DNA from: a virus
Taxonomy: Duplodnaviria > Caudoviricetes
Strand: one strand, 5' to 3'
DNA: 26,022 nucleotides
Virus record (IMG/VR): IMGVR_UViG_3300020161_000978
Span: 1 to 26,022 of that record
Shown: piece after piece, positions 8,301-16,385 of the stretch
Numbering within the stretch: position 1 is the first letter of the stretch
Layout: each line of letters begins with the position of its first letter
The notes under the pieces: generated by a model
What the model was told of the DNA's origin: nothing
Database searches by the model: none
The model's input: the letters and a program-made list of their open reading frames with translations, nothing else
Position numbers and translations under genes: made by a program

Positions 8301-10636
8301 GCAACAGGAGGCGTGCCGGGCGGAGTTACAGGCGAAGGAGCTCCAGCCGGGGGCGGCGGAGCGTTCTTTGCCGCAGCGTTGTTAATGCGCTGCATGATTG
8401 CCGAATCTTCAGCGCTTCCGATACGAACATGAGGCAACCGCAACAGGAGATTGCGAACGGGTGCCGATTCGTAAAGTCTAGCAAGCCCCCCAGCGCCTCC
8501 AAGAAGCGAAACGCCGCCAAGTGTGGTCCCGGCAATATGTCCAGCAGCAAGAGCGCTGCCAACGGTGGCAACTTGAACACCCGTAGGCGGGTGCGCAGCC
8601 GCTGCGCCGGCTCGCTTGGTCGCGCGAAGAACGCTTACGAGCCCGTCAACTTTGCGTTTTGCATCGCCAGGAAAAAAGATGCCTAATTGTGAACTCAGTT
8701 TGTCAACGCCTGAGCTAAAACGGTCAGGAATAATAACTCCGTCTGTCGTAGCTTTTTCGGCGGCTTCAGCAATAAGGGCAGATTGAGCGCTCGTTTTTCC
8801 TTGGCGGCTCAACTTGCTATAGAGAACTCGAACATCGCTTGGTTTCGTAGAAAAAAGCATCTTACGAACAAGCTCTGGCGTTGCTTCTCCTTTATTCAAA
8901 ATCTGTTCAAGCACCGATTTGTCGTCAACTTCTCCTTTTAACTTGGCAAGTCTAAGATTTGCAATTTTCCATTTTGCAAAATCTCTTCGTTCCCCGTTTG
9001 CAAGAATAAATTCTCCCATGTCTTCATTTATCGCGTGATAAATAGACGAAAGAGCTTTGCTGCTCGTGTCTCGAACGCTTGCAAGTTCTGGCGCTTGAAA
9101 AACGTTACCAATTTGCTTCCGCAAAACTTCAATATTTGAAAGGTTTTGACCTTGCGATGCTTGCTTCCAGTCTTCAAGAATAGCAATTGCAGGGTTAAAC
9201 TCTTTCAGTTTCAACGACGACAAAAAGTTAATCTGTTTGTCAATTTCAGCAATTGCATTCGGCGTTGGGACCGCTGCATTTGTAGAAAGTCGATTGATTA
9301 CTTCAAGCTTTTTTCCGTTGTATTTGTTTAGTTTTTCTCCGTGCGTCGCCAAGAGGTTAGCCGTTACCTCTTCCACAGCTTGTGCCGCCGATGCTCCGCC
9401 ATGCTCTTGCACGAACTCGCGAACTGCATTGATCCGCGCTTCTTGCTGCGCCGCACGCAGCGGGCCGGTCCCGGCAATCGGAACGCGCTCCCCCGCAGCT
9501 TGAAGATTCTTCCCGACGAAGGTTCGCGGCGGAGAAACGTCCGATGTTAAAACAGGGATTTTGAACTGCTCCCCTTCGGCTGCCAATTGCCTACCCGCGA
9601 GGTCCGCCGCATTTGGACCCGTGAGGTGCATCGTGCTCGCAACGCCTGTCGCAGCGCCGCCAAGCAGCCCCGCGGCAAGTTGCATCCCAGGGCCGGCACC
9701 GTGCTCTGCAGCAATCTGCGCGGAGCCTCCAGCGCCAGCGCCCGCGATAGCTTGAGCAACAGGAGCTTCAGCCATCTCGGCGGCGAATCGAGTTAGAGTC
9801 GGGGCAACCTTGTTGAGCTTGCTGGCCGCGTTAAGAGCCATGGGGGCCATGCCCAAAGCGCCGCCAATGACCTTCGCCGCGCCAGCGCCAGAAACGCCAG
9901 CTGCAGCGCCGCCGGCCATTGACTGCATAACATGTTCGACCGCGGTGTCGGGCACCTGGACGCCAAAATGAGAAAGCAATTGCTGAATTGCCTCTGTAGG
10001 CATTCCAACATGCCCGCCGGTCAGCTTGTTAAAAGCCTCGGTAAGCGGGTCGGCTAGCAACGACGTTCCGGCACCTACCAAAGCGCCTGCGGCAGCTCCA
10101 GGAATAGCGCCAACGCCGGCAATGGGGGCGCCTAACGCCGCGCCGATTCCCGCGCCCGCTGCGGCCATAGGAAGCGCTGGAGCCACGCCGCGAGCGATAG
10201 CAGAGCCAATGCCGCCAAGCGTCGTTTTAGGCATCTCGGTTTGATCCATAACGAAATCAACCGGAGGAGCCACATGGCCTAACTTTACATGCCTTTCAAG
10301 CGAGATTCGGTCTTCAGGGCTCATGGCATTGCTGCCGTAGGCTTTCCAGACGGACATCGGAAGCTCACGTGCTGCACCTTGAGCCGTAGGAGCTGCCGTT
10401 TCACCTGCGGCTTCGCCCTTGAGCGTTGCACCACGAGGAAGCATGATCTCCCCGGCTTTAACGTGCGCTTCGTATGCCTTGGCGTCCTCCGGCGTCATTT
10501 GGCCGGAGCTGTACGCCTGAAACATGTTCGTTGCCGTCGGAGAATTTAGCGAAGCCTGAGCACCTGAAATTTTGTCAAAGGTGCTGATTTTGCCGCCTTG
10601 CGAAATCGTGGGCTCTTCGGTTGCTGTGGTAGCCAT
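5357..10636 (-). CDS. Very large ejection/DNA-transfer protein (P22 gp16 position) with a long C-terminal extension
   Basis: Third gene after the gp7- and gp20-position genes. Gly/Ala hydrophobic segments and a helical core in aa 1-~760, then a Pro/Ala linker and ~800 additional aa. Confidence 0.7.
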   Translation of the reverse strand: MATTATEEPTISQGGKISTFDKISGAQASLNSPTATNMFQAYSSGQMTPEDAKAYEAHVKAGEIMLPRGATLKGEAAGETAAPTAQGAARELPMSVWKAYGSNAMSPEDRISLERHVKLGHVAPPVDFVMDQTEMPKTTLGGIGSAIARGVAPALPMAAAGAGIGAALGAPIAGVGAIPGAAAGALVGAGTSLLADPLTEAFNKLTGGHVGMPTEAIQQLLSHFGVQVPDTAVEHVMQSMAGGAAAGVSGAGAAKVIGGALGMAPMALNAASKLNKVAPTLTRFAAEMAEAPVAQAIAGAGAGGSAQIAAEHGAGPGMQLAAGLLGGAATGVASTMHLTGPNAADLAGRQLAAEGEQFKIPVLTSDVSPPRTFVGKNLQAAGERVPIAGTGPLRAAQQEARINAVREFVQEHGGASAAQAVEEVTANLLATHGEKLNKYNGKKLEVINRLSTNAAVPTPNAIAEIDKQINFLSSLKLKEFNPAIAILEDWKQASQGQNLSNIEVLRKQIGNVFQAPELASVRDTSSKALSSIYHAINEDMGEFILANGERRDFAKWKIANLRLAKLKGEVDDKSVLEQILNKGEATPELVRKMLFSTKPSDVRVLYSKLSRQGKTSAQSALIAEAAEKATTDGVIIPDRFSSGVDKLSSQLGIFFPGDAKRKVDGLVSVLRATKRAGAAAAHPPTGVQVATVGSALAAGHIAGTTLGGVSLLGGAGGLARLYESAPVRNLLLRLPHVRIGSAEDSAIMQRINNAAAKNAPPPPAGAPSPVTPPGTPPVAPHAPPTAPPAAPAVAPPAAVVHAPAPAVAPPVAPAIAPAAPAVAPAPVAAPVAAAIAKRPLSPFASEGIAPPVNTFGSVGIAPPGKPVPAAYPPGVKSSPLATNGIVKKPPSPFASEGIAPPYAKDAAPVAPAAARAEAAVQKANVAKVNALTDSQARYVARSLGFGHMPEHLKEVLKQTHPEDLAKALENVPAVAKEKPAAAATPAAAAMKLLPEVSESSAKAAKAAENKRLVMEAKAKKASPAGAEAIQLPATETPLAKFENARASKAAEVKALVEMAAARKAEAKSKAPAVKQVKPAAETGAKMTRAEIDGAIDELLYAPTKSNGKPRVSFKTKIEANWFRRGFEAANEKPGLPLPNRQPGVPANEQKIHDAFAQGWARAQMKLRDKPTAASKPASIEATAKPLPERTYDTMSDAIALSSPSGKMSKTSRDAAEKRLSEKLFGEGGMPAPSHPQPLEQVSLRRQAAELDRLAEGGMKPKAFRQDAENLRKRADALDNAAGIKATARPFDHGELNLPLSKRGITDAQIDRHLKVQRQEAEQSIREGRAQSAVDKKAAEELNLKYGDQLASRTALKHGLDKKAVVEHINRLVLDNPTEAIKLLERETAKAPAVEAETTKAEAQVKTVVKQHTDGTFSAKFIVPKDMMPEQIGGHQKKFLKTTPAGDYIIDDPGSTSETAHEASKDLLFSLRQAHAKFLTPYDQASSERVAAQIEQYKATVDPIVYAIKEQIQGRRNKQLAKIVADEGDKPAFWIDDQVHLESGIHGMTDHGEKYMTENGERAPKVFAKKIAEIVNSSGEGRLWGANKAAKNVAAKVHAEYKVNEAANAVKQKAVEEAKAVEQAEQARIHNEKISLEGEKTIRSSSSANYNVGIRDDKDGISVIESRIYTKKSMPGVELLAWKAPDGWRTAEKKTGMGVSGVATSSAKKALDKGFEAIRANGGSERIKKMIKSGDFKILNPETGIEATAQAPSVVIKGNK
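7934..8290 (-). repeat. Intragenic imperfect direct repeats encoding SPFASEGIAPP (x2, plus variants) and APAVAP units
   Basis: GCGATGCCTTCTGACGCAAA at 7941 and 8091; GCGCAACGGCTGGTGCCGCTGGCG at ~8167 and ~8254. Confidence 0.85.
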
Positions 10637-10645
10637 AAATTATCC

Positions 10646-12019
10646 TTAGTGCCCGCTGCCGTATTTGGCTTCAAGATTGTCCACAGATTTATTATTGGAT
10701 TCGGCTTCAAGGCGCTTCAGCGTATCGCCTGCAAAACGTTCCGAGTTTTTCTTGACAAATTCGCTAAACGTCGTGCCCTTTGGCACCTGAACGCCCATAA
10801 TTTCAATATCTTTCGGCGTCTTACCAAGATGTTTTACAGCACCTCCCCATTCGGCCTTTGCCGCTTCGGTTGCTTCCTCAATTGCGGACATCTTAGCCAT
10901 CCCTCGAAGAAACCCGACGATTTGCGACGTGTTGGCGTTTTCTCCTGGAAAGCCTCCCATGGCGATTTCAATATCTCGATCTGAAGCGGAGCCTTTTGGA
11001 AGGTTAGAAATAACGGCGTTATTTCTCAGGCGCTTGTAATTTGTACGCATGGCGGAAACTTCATCTTGTCCGCCTATCGTCTCTTTGATCCATTCCATAT
11101 TCGAGCGACGAATTCCGCCGGAAGCATCGGCTGCCGTAAATTGATTTGCAAGGTCAAACGCTTGCTTTGATTGACTGCCCGCTTTAATTGCAGCTTCCGA
11201 TGCAGTGTTTACAACTTTAAGCGTTCCTTCTGGAAGTTCACCGTATTTATCTGTAATTTCTTTGAGGCGAAGTGCGGTGTTTGAAGCGAGGGTGTCTTCG
11301 TCAATGGCAAGCTTCTTCCAGCCTTGCTCCGTTTGACCTTTTTTATAAGAAATTTCCGCTCGCGCCAGCGGCTTAACCATATTGGCTTCTTCACCCGTTT
11401 TGAGGGTCTCCGCTCCGAGCTTGGAAATTTCCCCGCCAAGCTTGGCTACCTCAGCCGGCGTCTTTGCAAGCGTCTCGGCAACCGTGGCGAATTTATCGAG
11501 CCCGCCTAGCGTGCCGAGCCGAACCCCAATGGATGCTTGCGCAGCCGCAGGGTCGGCGTCGTGAAGCTTGAGCAGTGTTTCAATCGCGGTTGACTTTTTG
11601 TAGTCTTGTGAATTTTTCGCTGCGTCGTATTGCTGCACAAGCAATTCACGAGCGATGCCCGGCTGTTTGTTTTGGTACGCGGCAAAGATAGGCGACATGG
11701 CGTTAACCGCCGCGGTGCTTTCCTGCGTTGAGATATTCCCGTGTACCGCCTTGAGACTTTCCGAAAGCCCAGGATGCGCAATCATCATTTGATTGATTTT
11801 GTCCGCCGTCGGGTTTTTTGAGACTTCCGCAAGCTGCTGCTCAAGCGCTTTTTGCTTTGCATAGGCAGCTTGCGCGGCAGCTTGTGCCGTAGCGCGATCG
11901 TCCTTTGCCCATTGGCTGCTCGTAAGGGTGTTCGCCATGTTCGCGCCGCCCTGAACACCGGCTAGAACGGATTGAGTAGGATCAGGGATGTTGAGCGCGT
12001 AGCTGTTTGGGTTGGGCAT
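10646..12019 (-). CDS. Ejection/DNA-transfer protein (P22 gp20 position)
   Basis: 457 aa, helical and Ala/Gln-rich, with 'LPKGSASDRDIE'. Lies between the gp7-like gene and the large ejection gene. Confidence 0.7.
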   Translation of the reverse strand: MPNPNSYALNIPDPTQSVLAGVQGGANMANTLTSSQWAKDDRATAQAAAQAAYAKQKALEQQLAEVSKNPTADKINQMMIAHPGLSESLKAVHGNISTQESTAAVNAMSPIFAAYQNKQPGIARELLVQQYDAAKNSQDYKKSTAIETLLKLHDADPAAAQASIGVRLGTLGGLDKFATVAETLAKTPAEVAKLGGEISKLGAETLKTGEEANMVKPLARAEISYKKGQTEQGWKKLAIDEDTLASNTALRLKEITDKYGELPEGTLKVVNTASEAAIKAGSQSKQAFDLANQFTAADASGGIRRSNMEWIKETIGGQDEVSAMRTNYKRLRNNAVISNLPKGSASDRDIEIAMGGFPGENANTSQIVGFLRGMAKMSAIEEATEAAKAEWGGAVKHLGKTPKDIEIMGVQVPKGTTFSEFVKKNSERFAGDTLKRLEAESNNKSVDNLEAKYGSGH

Positions 12020-12021
12020 TG

Positions 12022-12702
12022 TTAAAACCGTGCGCGCTGAGCTGGCGTCATGTTGTTGTATGCGTTGGCTTGTCCTGGAGTTACTTGTTGGTTCATCATG
12101 TTATGATACATGATACCCTGACCGACCGCTCCGCCCAGCCCGCTGCCGAGGTTCGCGATTGCTTGCCCCGTCGCCATGGCGCCGCCGGCTTGCGCCTGCC
12201 CTGCCTCGGTGATATACTGGAGCCCGCCAAAACCCGCTTGGCCGAGCTGGCCGGCGGCGTTGTAACCCATGCCGGCAATGCCTCCAAGCTGAGCCATTTG
12301 CTGATTGATGGCTTGGTTCAGCATTTGCGGGCGATACTGCGCAAGCGCGGCTTGAGTATTTCCACCGCGAAGACCGCCGGTCGCGCTGGCGTTCTGGAGA
12401 ATCCCGCGCTCGCCTTGCGCCGTCATGGCAGCAAACTGCGGCGAATTCTGAATCGAATCGATTGCCGCGCGTTGCGCCTCGGGACCAGAAGCGCCCGAAA
12501 GCGCTTGCTGCTGCCCTAGCGCCGCTTTTCCGGCTTCCATGTAAGGGCCAAGCAGCTGTTGCATCGATGCGTATTGCTTTTCCTGCTCGGCGCGCGCCGC
12601 GTTTGCCGCGTCGCTCTGCGCCTCGCTGGCTGCCTTGCCGCTAAAATACGTCGCGCCTGCGGAGATAAGCGAACCCGCTGCGATTGCTGTTGCTACCCAC
12701 AT
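12022..12702 (-). CDS. Ejection/DNA-transfer protein, P22 gp7-like
   Basis: Hydrophobic Gly/Ala N-terminus and the motif 'QNASATGGLRGGNTQAALAQ'. Confidence 0.85.
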   Translation of the reverse strand: MWVATAIAAGSLISAGATYFSGKAASEAQSDAANAARAEQEKQYASMQQLLGPYMEAGKAALGQQQALSGASGPEAQRAAIDSIQNSPQFAAMTAQGERGILQNASATGGLRGGNTQAALAQYRPQMLNQAINQQMAQLGGIAGMGYNAAGQLGQAGFGGLQYITEAGQAQAGGAMATGQAIANLGSGLGGAVGQGIMYHNMMNQQVTPGQANAYNNMTPAQRARF

Positions 12703-13163
12703 GGCTTTAATTCCTTCGTTTCTGAACTCATTTTAACAAATTGAGCAATGCGCAATTTTTCAGCTTCGCCCCATGTTTCGCTCTTTTCGATGTATTCTTC
12801 TTCGATGGCGTCCGGGTCTAAAAGCTCTGTTGGATAAAGATTTTGAAGCATGATTTCTTCGAGAACTAGAAACACCTTGCGACCAGGGGGGGCAATCCAA
12901 ACCATCGGCGCTGTGACCGTCGTCACGCCGTCTTCAGTCGCAAGAAGCATCGAGCCTTTAAGCAAGATGTTCGTGTGCGCAAACTTGTGGCGATGGCCGA
13001 CGACGAGCGTACCCGTCTGGATAATACCTTGCCGAATATAGAGCCCCGGACCGAAGATGTGCTCAACCGGGCATGGCACCTGCTCGCATTCGAGCATGGC
13101 ACCCTCGAGCCGTTCGATCTTTTCGACCTCGGCTAGCGCGTGAGATTCGGCAACGGTCAGCAT
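12693..13163 (-). CDS. Cupin-like (double-stranded beta-helix) protein
   Basis: 'H.FGPGLYIR...GTLVVGHRHKFAHTNILLKG' gives an HxH...H cupin-like metal motif. Confidence 0.6.
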   Translation of the reverse strand: MLTVAESHALAEVEKIERLEGAMLECEQVPCPVEHIFGPGLYIRQGIIQTGTLVVGHRHKFAHTNILLKGSMLLATEDGVTTVTAPMVWIAPPGRKVFLVLEEIMLQNLYPTELLDPDAIEEEYIEKSETWGEAEKLRIAQFVKMSSETKELKPCG

Positions 13164-13197
13164 TAGCCCTTGCTCGTCTTGCTCAATGGCTTGCGCA

Positions 13198-13536
13198 TCA
13201 TCCTGTGATTTCCCGTCCGGTGGCTGAGATGGTTAAAGAGGTCGCAGTACCCGCGATCGTCGAGATGAATCCGCCGGATTCAAGCGATTGCCCAACCAGC
13301 TCGGGGCAAAGATAGCACTCGCCGGGGGCGATGGAACGAAGATTCACGATTAGGTTCGACGTTGCCGCTGCGCCGCCGGAAGGCACGAGGTTCGCCGAGA
13401 AGGTGACGTTTCCGACGTTTGTGTTTGTTACGGTGAACTTGTCAATGATGGTCTTGCAATTGACTGCCGTGTATTGCGTCGTTTGAACGACTTCCGCTTG
13501 CTTGCGCGGAATGATGTTGACGATGGTTACGCCCAT
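13198..13536 (-). CDS. 112-aa beta-rich virion accessory protein
   Basis: Thr/Val-rich beta composition; lies within the tail operon after the needle. Confidence 0.6.
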   Translation of the reverse strand: MGVTIVNIIPRKQAEVVQTTQYTAVNCKTIIDKFTVTNTNVGNVTFSANLVPSGGAAATSNLIVNLRSIAPGECYLCPELVGQSLESGGFISTIAGTATSLTISATGREITG

Positions 13537-13543
13537 GAAAGCC

Positions 13544-14329
13544 TCACGTTGAAATGTTGTCTACGGTCAGAATCATTGAGGGAATTGCAGGCACGACGCC
13601 CGCGGCGGCAATTGCCTGAAGCCTTGACGCTGTGTCGTCTGCCGCCCAAACGATTTCGAAATAATTTCCAGCGTTAAGATTTACAAGGAAGTTCCACGCG
13701 GCGATGGTTTCCGCGTTGTTGCCCTTGATTCGGATTTGGCTCGCGCTGTCGGGAACATTCGTCCCGTTAATCCGAAGCCATAGCCAGATGATGCCATCGG
13801 TGGCGCTCGTGCGGTCAAGCTGCGCGGAAAACTGAATGTTGTAGATTCCGCCCGTGTCCACGTAAACGCGGCTTGTCGGCGCACCTAGATAAACGCCTAG
13901 CGAGAGGTCGGTTGCTCCGAGAACAATCGGATACGCCGTATTCGCAACCGCCGCCGTTTGCGTGGTCGAATCGTGGAACGCTCCGTAACGCCCGCTCCGC
14001 CCGTAGCCGTTGCCGCCTGATTGAGCAGGGGCAAGCGCAAGCAGCTCTACGGCGTCAGAGAGGCGGTCTAGCGAGGCGAGCGCCTGCGTTGCCTTAGCGT
14101 CTGCCGTCCCTGCGTTAATAGCCCCGTCGCGAGCCGCCTGGAGCGCTAGCCCGATGGCTTCCCCCGCTGCGGCCATTGCGGTTTCGCCTTCGGCACCGAG
14201 CACCGTTGCGGCGGCATCGTTAAGCGTGTTGACCGCAGCGACGAGCTTTTCAATCTCGCGAATCGTTCGCGAATCGCTTGCGAATGCAGCGATTTCGGGT
14301 CGGGTGAGGCGAAGGAACGGCGGGGGCAT
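13544..14329 (-). CDS. Tail needle (gp26 position) with a C-terminal TNF/C1q-like knob
   Basis: Directly follows gp10 (TGATG overlap). Ala-rich helical stem, then 'YGAFHD...GIYNIQFSAQL...WLRING'. Confidence 0.65.
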   Translation of the reverse strand: MPPPFLRLTRPEIAAFASDSRTIREIEKLVAAVNTLNDAAATVLGAEGETAMAAAGEAIGLALQAARDGAINAGTADAKATQALASLDRLSDAVELLALAPAQSGGNGYGRSGRYGAFHDSTTQTAAVANTAYPIVLGATDLSLGVYLGAPTSRVYVDTGGIYNIQFSAQLDRTSATDGIIWLWLRINGTNVPDSASQIRIKGNNAETIAAWNFLVNLNAGNYFEIVWAADDTASRLQAIAAAGVVPAIPSMILTVDNIST

Positions 14330-15729
14330 CAGTAGGCCAATTGTTCAAGCTGCGCCTCAAGCACGGCGGGGGAAATCTGCGCATCGCTCGTGCCGCTAAA
14401 GCGCTGGATGCGCCAGCGCCGCATCATGCCGTTGCGCAGCCACACAAGGCGCTTCGCCCGGTCGCCACGCTCGCCGACGCTAATCGGGTGCTCTTGCCCC
14501 CAGGTTTGCCCATCAAGGCTGTAGGCGGTCGAAATGTTGGGATTCGTGCCCGGTTTCGCGCGACCCGCAAGCGAGACGAGCTCCAGGCGATTGAAAATCG
14601 CTCCCGCGGCTGCGTTGTAGATGATGGCCGTCGAGAATTCCCATCGAACCTGCGCGCCGTAGTGCGAAGAGACGGAATAATCGAGATAGCCGAATGAAGT
14701 ACTCGTCGGGTCTGCCGTGTTCCATCGGTCGTAAGCCCATACCATGTTTCGCGCACGGTACTTCTCAAACCCAACGACGCTGCTCGTCAGCGTGTGCCAC
14801 ACTTGAGCGCCTGCGCGCTGCGAGGCGTCGAGGTCGTAAACTAGCGTGCGATCGGGAAGGTGAATGTAAAGGAATTGATGCGCCTTGTCGTTGCGCGTCT
14901 CGCAAACGATCGTTGCTAGCTCCGTCTCGGTGTACGTCTGCAAAAGCATATCAATATCTTGCGTGGAAATGCGTTTAAGCGTTCCGTTCACCGCAAGATA
15001 AACCGCAGGTGACTCGTTTGCACCTGAGCCGACGAAGGCGACGAGTTCGTTAAAGATGCAAGCGGCGTGCGTGCCAATTGCGCCTTTCTGAATCTGCGCG
15101 CCTTCAACGCGCTGAAACGGAAAACTGTTGGCTGAGCCCGTGTTTGCAAAAAGCTCAATGGTGTTTCGTCCGATGGCATAGACTTCGTTTCGGAAACGAA
15201 GAACGCCTTCGATCGGGTCGGGCGATGCCTCGGCGCTAGCGTATGCGTCCGGAAACACTTGCAGAGGGTCGTTTAGCTGCGTGACGACGAGGCTAGTACC
15301 GTCCGTTGTCATGAAGTAGCCTTCAATCCAACAGAAATCAAGCACGTGTCCTAGCGCCTCTGGGACTACTGGCGTCAGCTTTCCATCCCAATAAAAGAGA
15401 TTCCCTCCGCTGGCAATGGCGAGGCGATCGAAGCTGTAATCGAGCGTGACTTGACCGCCGGCTCCAACGTCGCCCAGGACGTTAACAAGCCCCGAGGGGT
15501 CAATCGTAACGAGCTTCGTACCCATAACGCGGTACATTGTCCCGTTCCAATTGATTCCCCCTCGGTCGATTCCTGGTCCTGTGCCGTTTTGAACAATCCC
15601 TTCCGCTGGGCGAAGATACCCCGAACTAAGCCCGGATTCCTTCGGAACGGGCACCATGTTAACGGGGTACGCGTTTCGAATATCCGGACCGTTATCGGTG
15701 TAAATTCCCGAGAGGATGGGGATTTTCAT
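14329..15729 (-). CDS. Packaged DNA stabilization protein / tail hub, P22 gp10-like
   Basis: 466 aa; 'YPVNMVP', 'RGGINWNG..YRVMG.KL', 'SAE..PDPI', 'YSLDG.TW'. Confidence 0.9.
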   Translation of the reverse strand: MKIPILSGIYTDNGPDIRNAYPVNMVPVPKESGLSSGYLRPAEGIVQNGTGPGIDRGGINWNGTMYRVMGTKLVTIDPSGLVNVLGDVGAGGQVTLDYSFDRLAIASGGNLFYWDGKLTPVVPEALGHVLDFCWIEGYFMTTDGTSLVVTQLNDPLQVFPDAYASAEASPDPIEGVLRFRNEVYAIGRNTIELFANTGSANSFPFQRVEGAQIQKGAIGTHAACIFNELVAFVGSGANESPAVYLAVNGTLKRISTQDIDMLLQTYTETELATIVCETRNDKAHQFLYIHLPDRTLVYDLDASQRAGAQVWHTLTSSVVGFEKYRARNMVWAYDRWNTADPTSTSFGYLDYSVSSHYGAQVRWEFSTAIIYNAAAGAIFNRLELVSLAGRAKPGTNPNISTAYSLDGQTWGQEHPISVGERGDRAKRLVWLRNGMMRRWRIQRFSGTSDAQISPAVLEAQLEQLAY

Positions 15730-15814
15730 TTAGACTTTAGCCTTGAATTGTTCCACGATTTTTGTGAGTTCTTCAGCCGACGACGAGGTTCTTGAGCGCT
15801 TGTTCGGTGGTCAT
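15730..15814 (-). pseudogene. Gene remnants: 13-codon MTTEQALKNLVVG* overlapping a relic C-terminus SSAEELTKIVEQFKAKV*
   Basis: Manual translation. The relic matches the end of the 82-aa gene at 7 of 16 residues with the same distance to the stop. Confidence 0.5.
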
Positions 15815-16059
15815 GGTGTCGCCTTCAGTCCGTTGACAATCTCCAACAATGCCGGCGCGGATTCTGCCGCGTCAACAGCCACTTGCACGGCTGCGTATTT
15901 GGCGCGAATATCCGCGCGAGCAGCTTCCGCCGCCGCGTCGTCTGCGCCTGGGATGCGCTTCGCAATCAGCTCGTCGTGCGGGGCGAACTCCGCAGCGCGC
16001 GCGGCGCGTCGGAGCCCGTGCGTGATTTCTTTGGCTTTGGGGATGTTGATGACAATCAC
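15811..16059 (-). CDS. Tail-fibre-associated small protein (assembly/chaperone-like)
   Basis: 'INIPKAKEITH..RRAAR..EFAP.D' pattern; second gene of a pair following the fibre. Confidence 0.65.
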   Translation of the reverse strand: MIVINIPKAKEITHGLRRAARAAEFAPHDELIAKRIPGADDAAAEAARADIRAKYAAVQVAVDAAESAPALLEIVNGLKATP

Positions 16060-16385
16060 GACGGCACCTCTTCGGGGGTTGGAGGCTCGGGCACGAAGGG
16101 CGTTTCTAGCACCGCAGGGGGCTCTTCAGGGAGCTTTGGAAACTCGCTCGACTCTGCGCCTACGCCGTCCGTCAAGAGCGCGGCATCAACCTCCCAGGCG
16201 TTAAAGAAGGGGCCGTCGGGCGGGAGGTCTGCCACGTCGACAATCTTAAACGGTCGTCCCGATGGAACGTCCTTGAGCGCGATAGCCTCAATGCCCCAGG
16301 TTCCCAAGGCTTCGGCGGTCGGCATACAGACGGCAACGCCGCCCGTGTCGTTTTGATAGATGATTACTTGGTCCATGTTGCTCAC
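16056..16385 (-). CDS. Tail-fibre-associated protein (assembly/chaperone-like)
   Basis: 'IIY.N..GGVAV..P...IA.KDVP.G.PFKIVD..DLP....F.NAW' pattern; GTGA-coupled to the fibre gene. Confidence 0.65.
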   Translation of the reverse strand: MSNMDQVIIYQNDTGGVAVCMPTAEALGTWGIEAIALKDVPSGRPFKIVDVADLPPDGPFFNAWEVDAALLTDGVGAESSEFPKLPEEPPAVLETPFVPEPPTPEEVPS

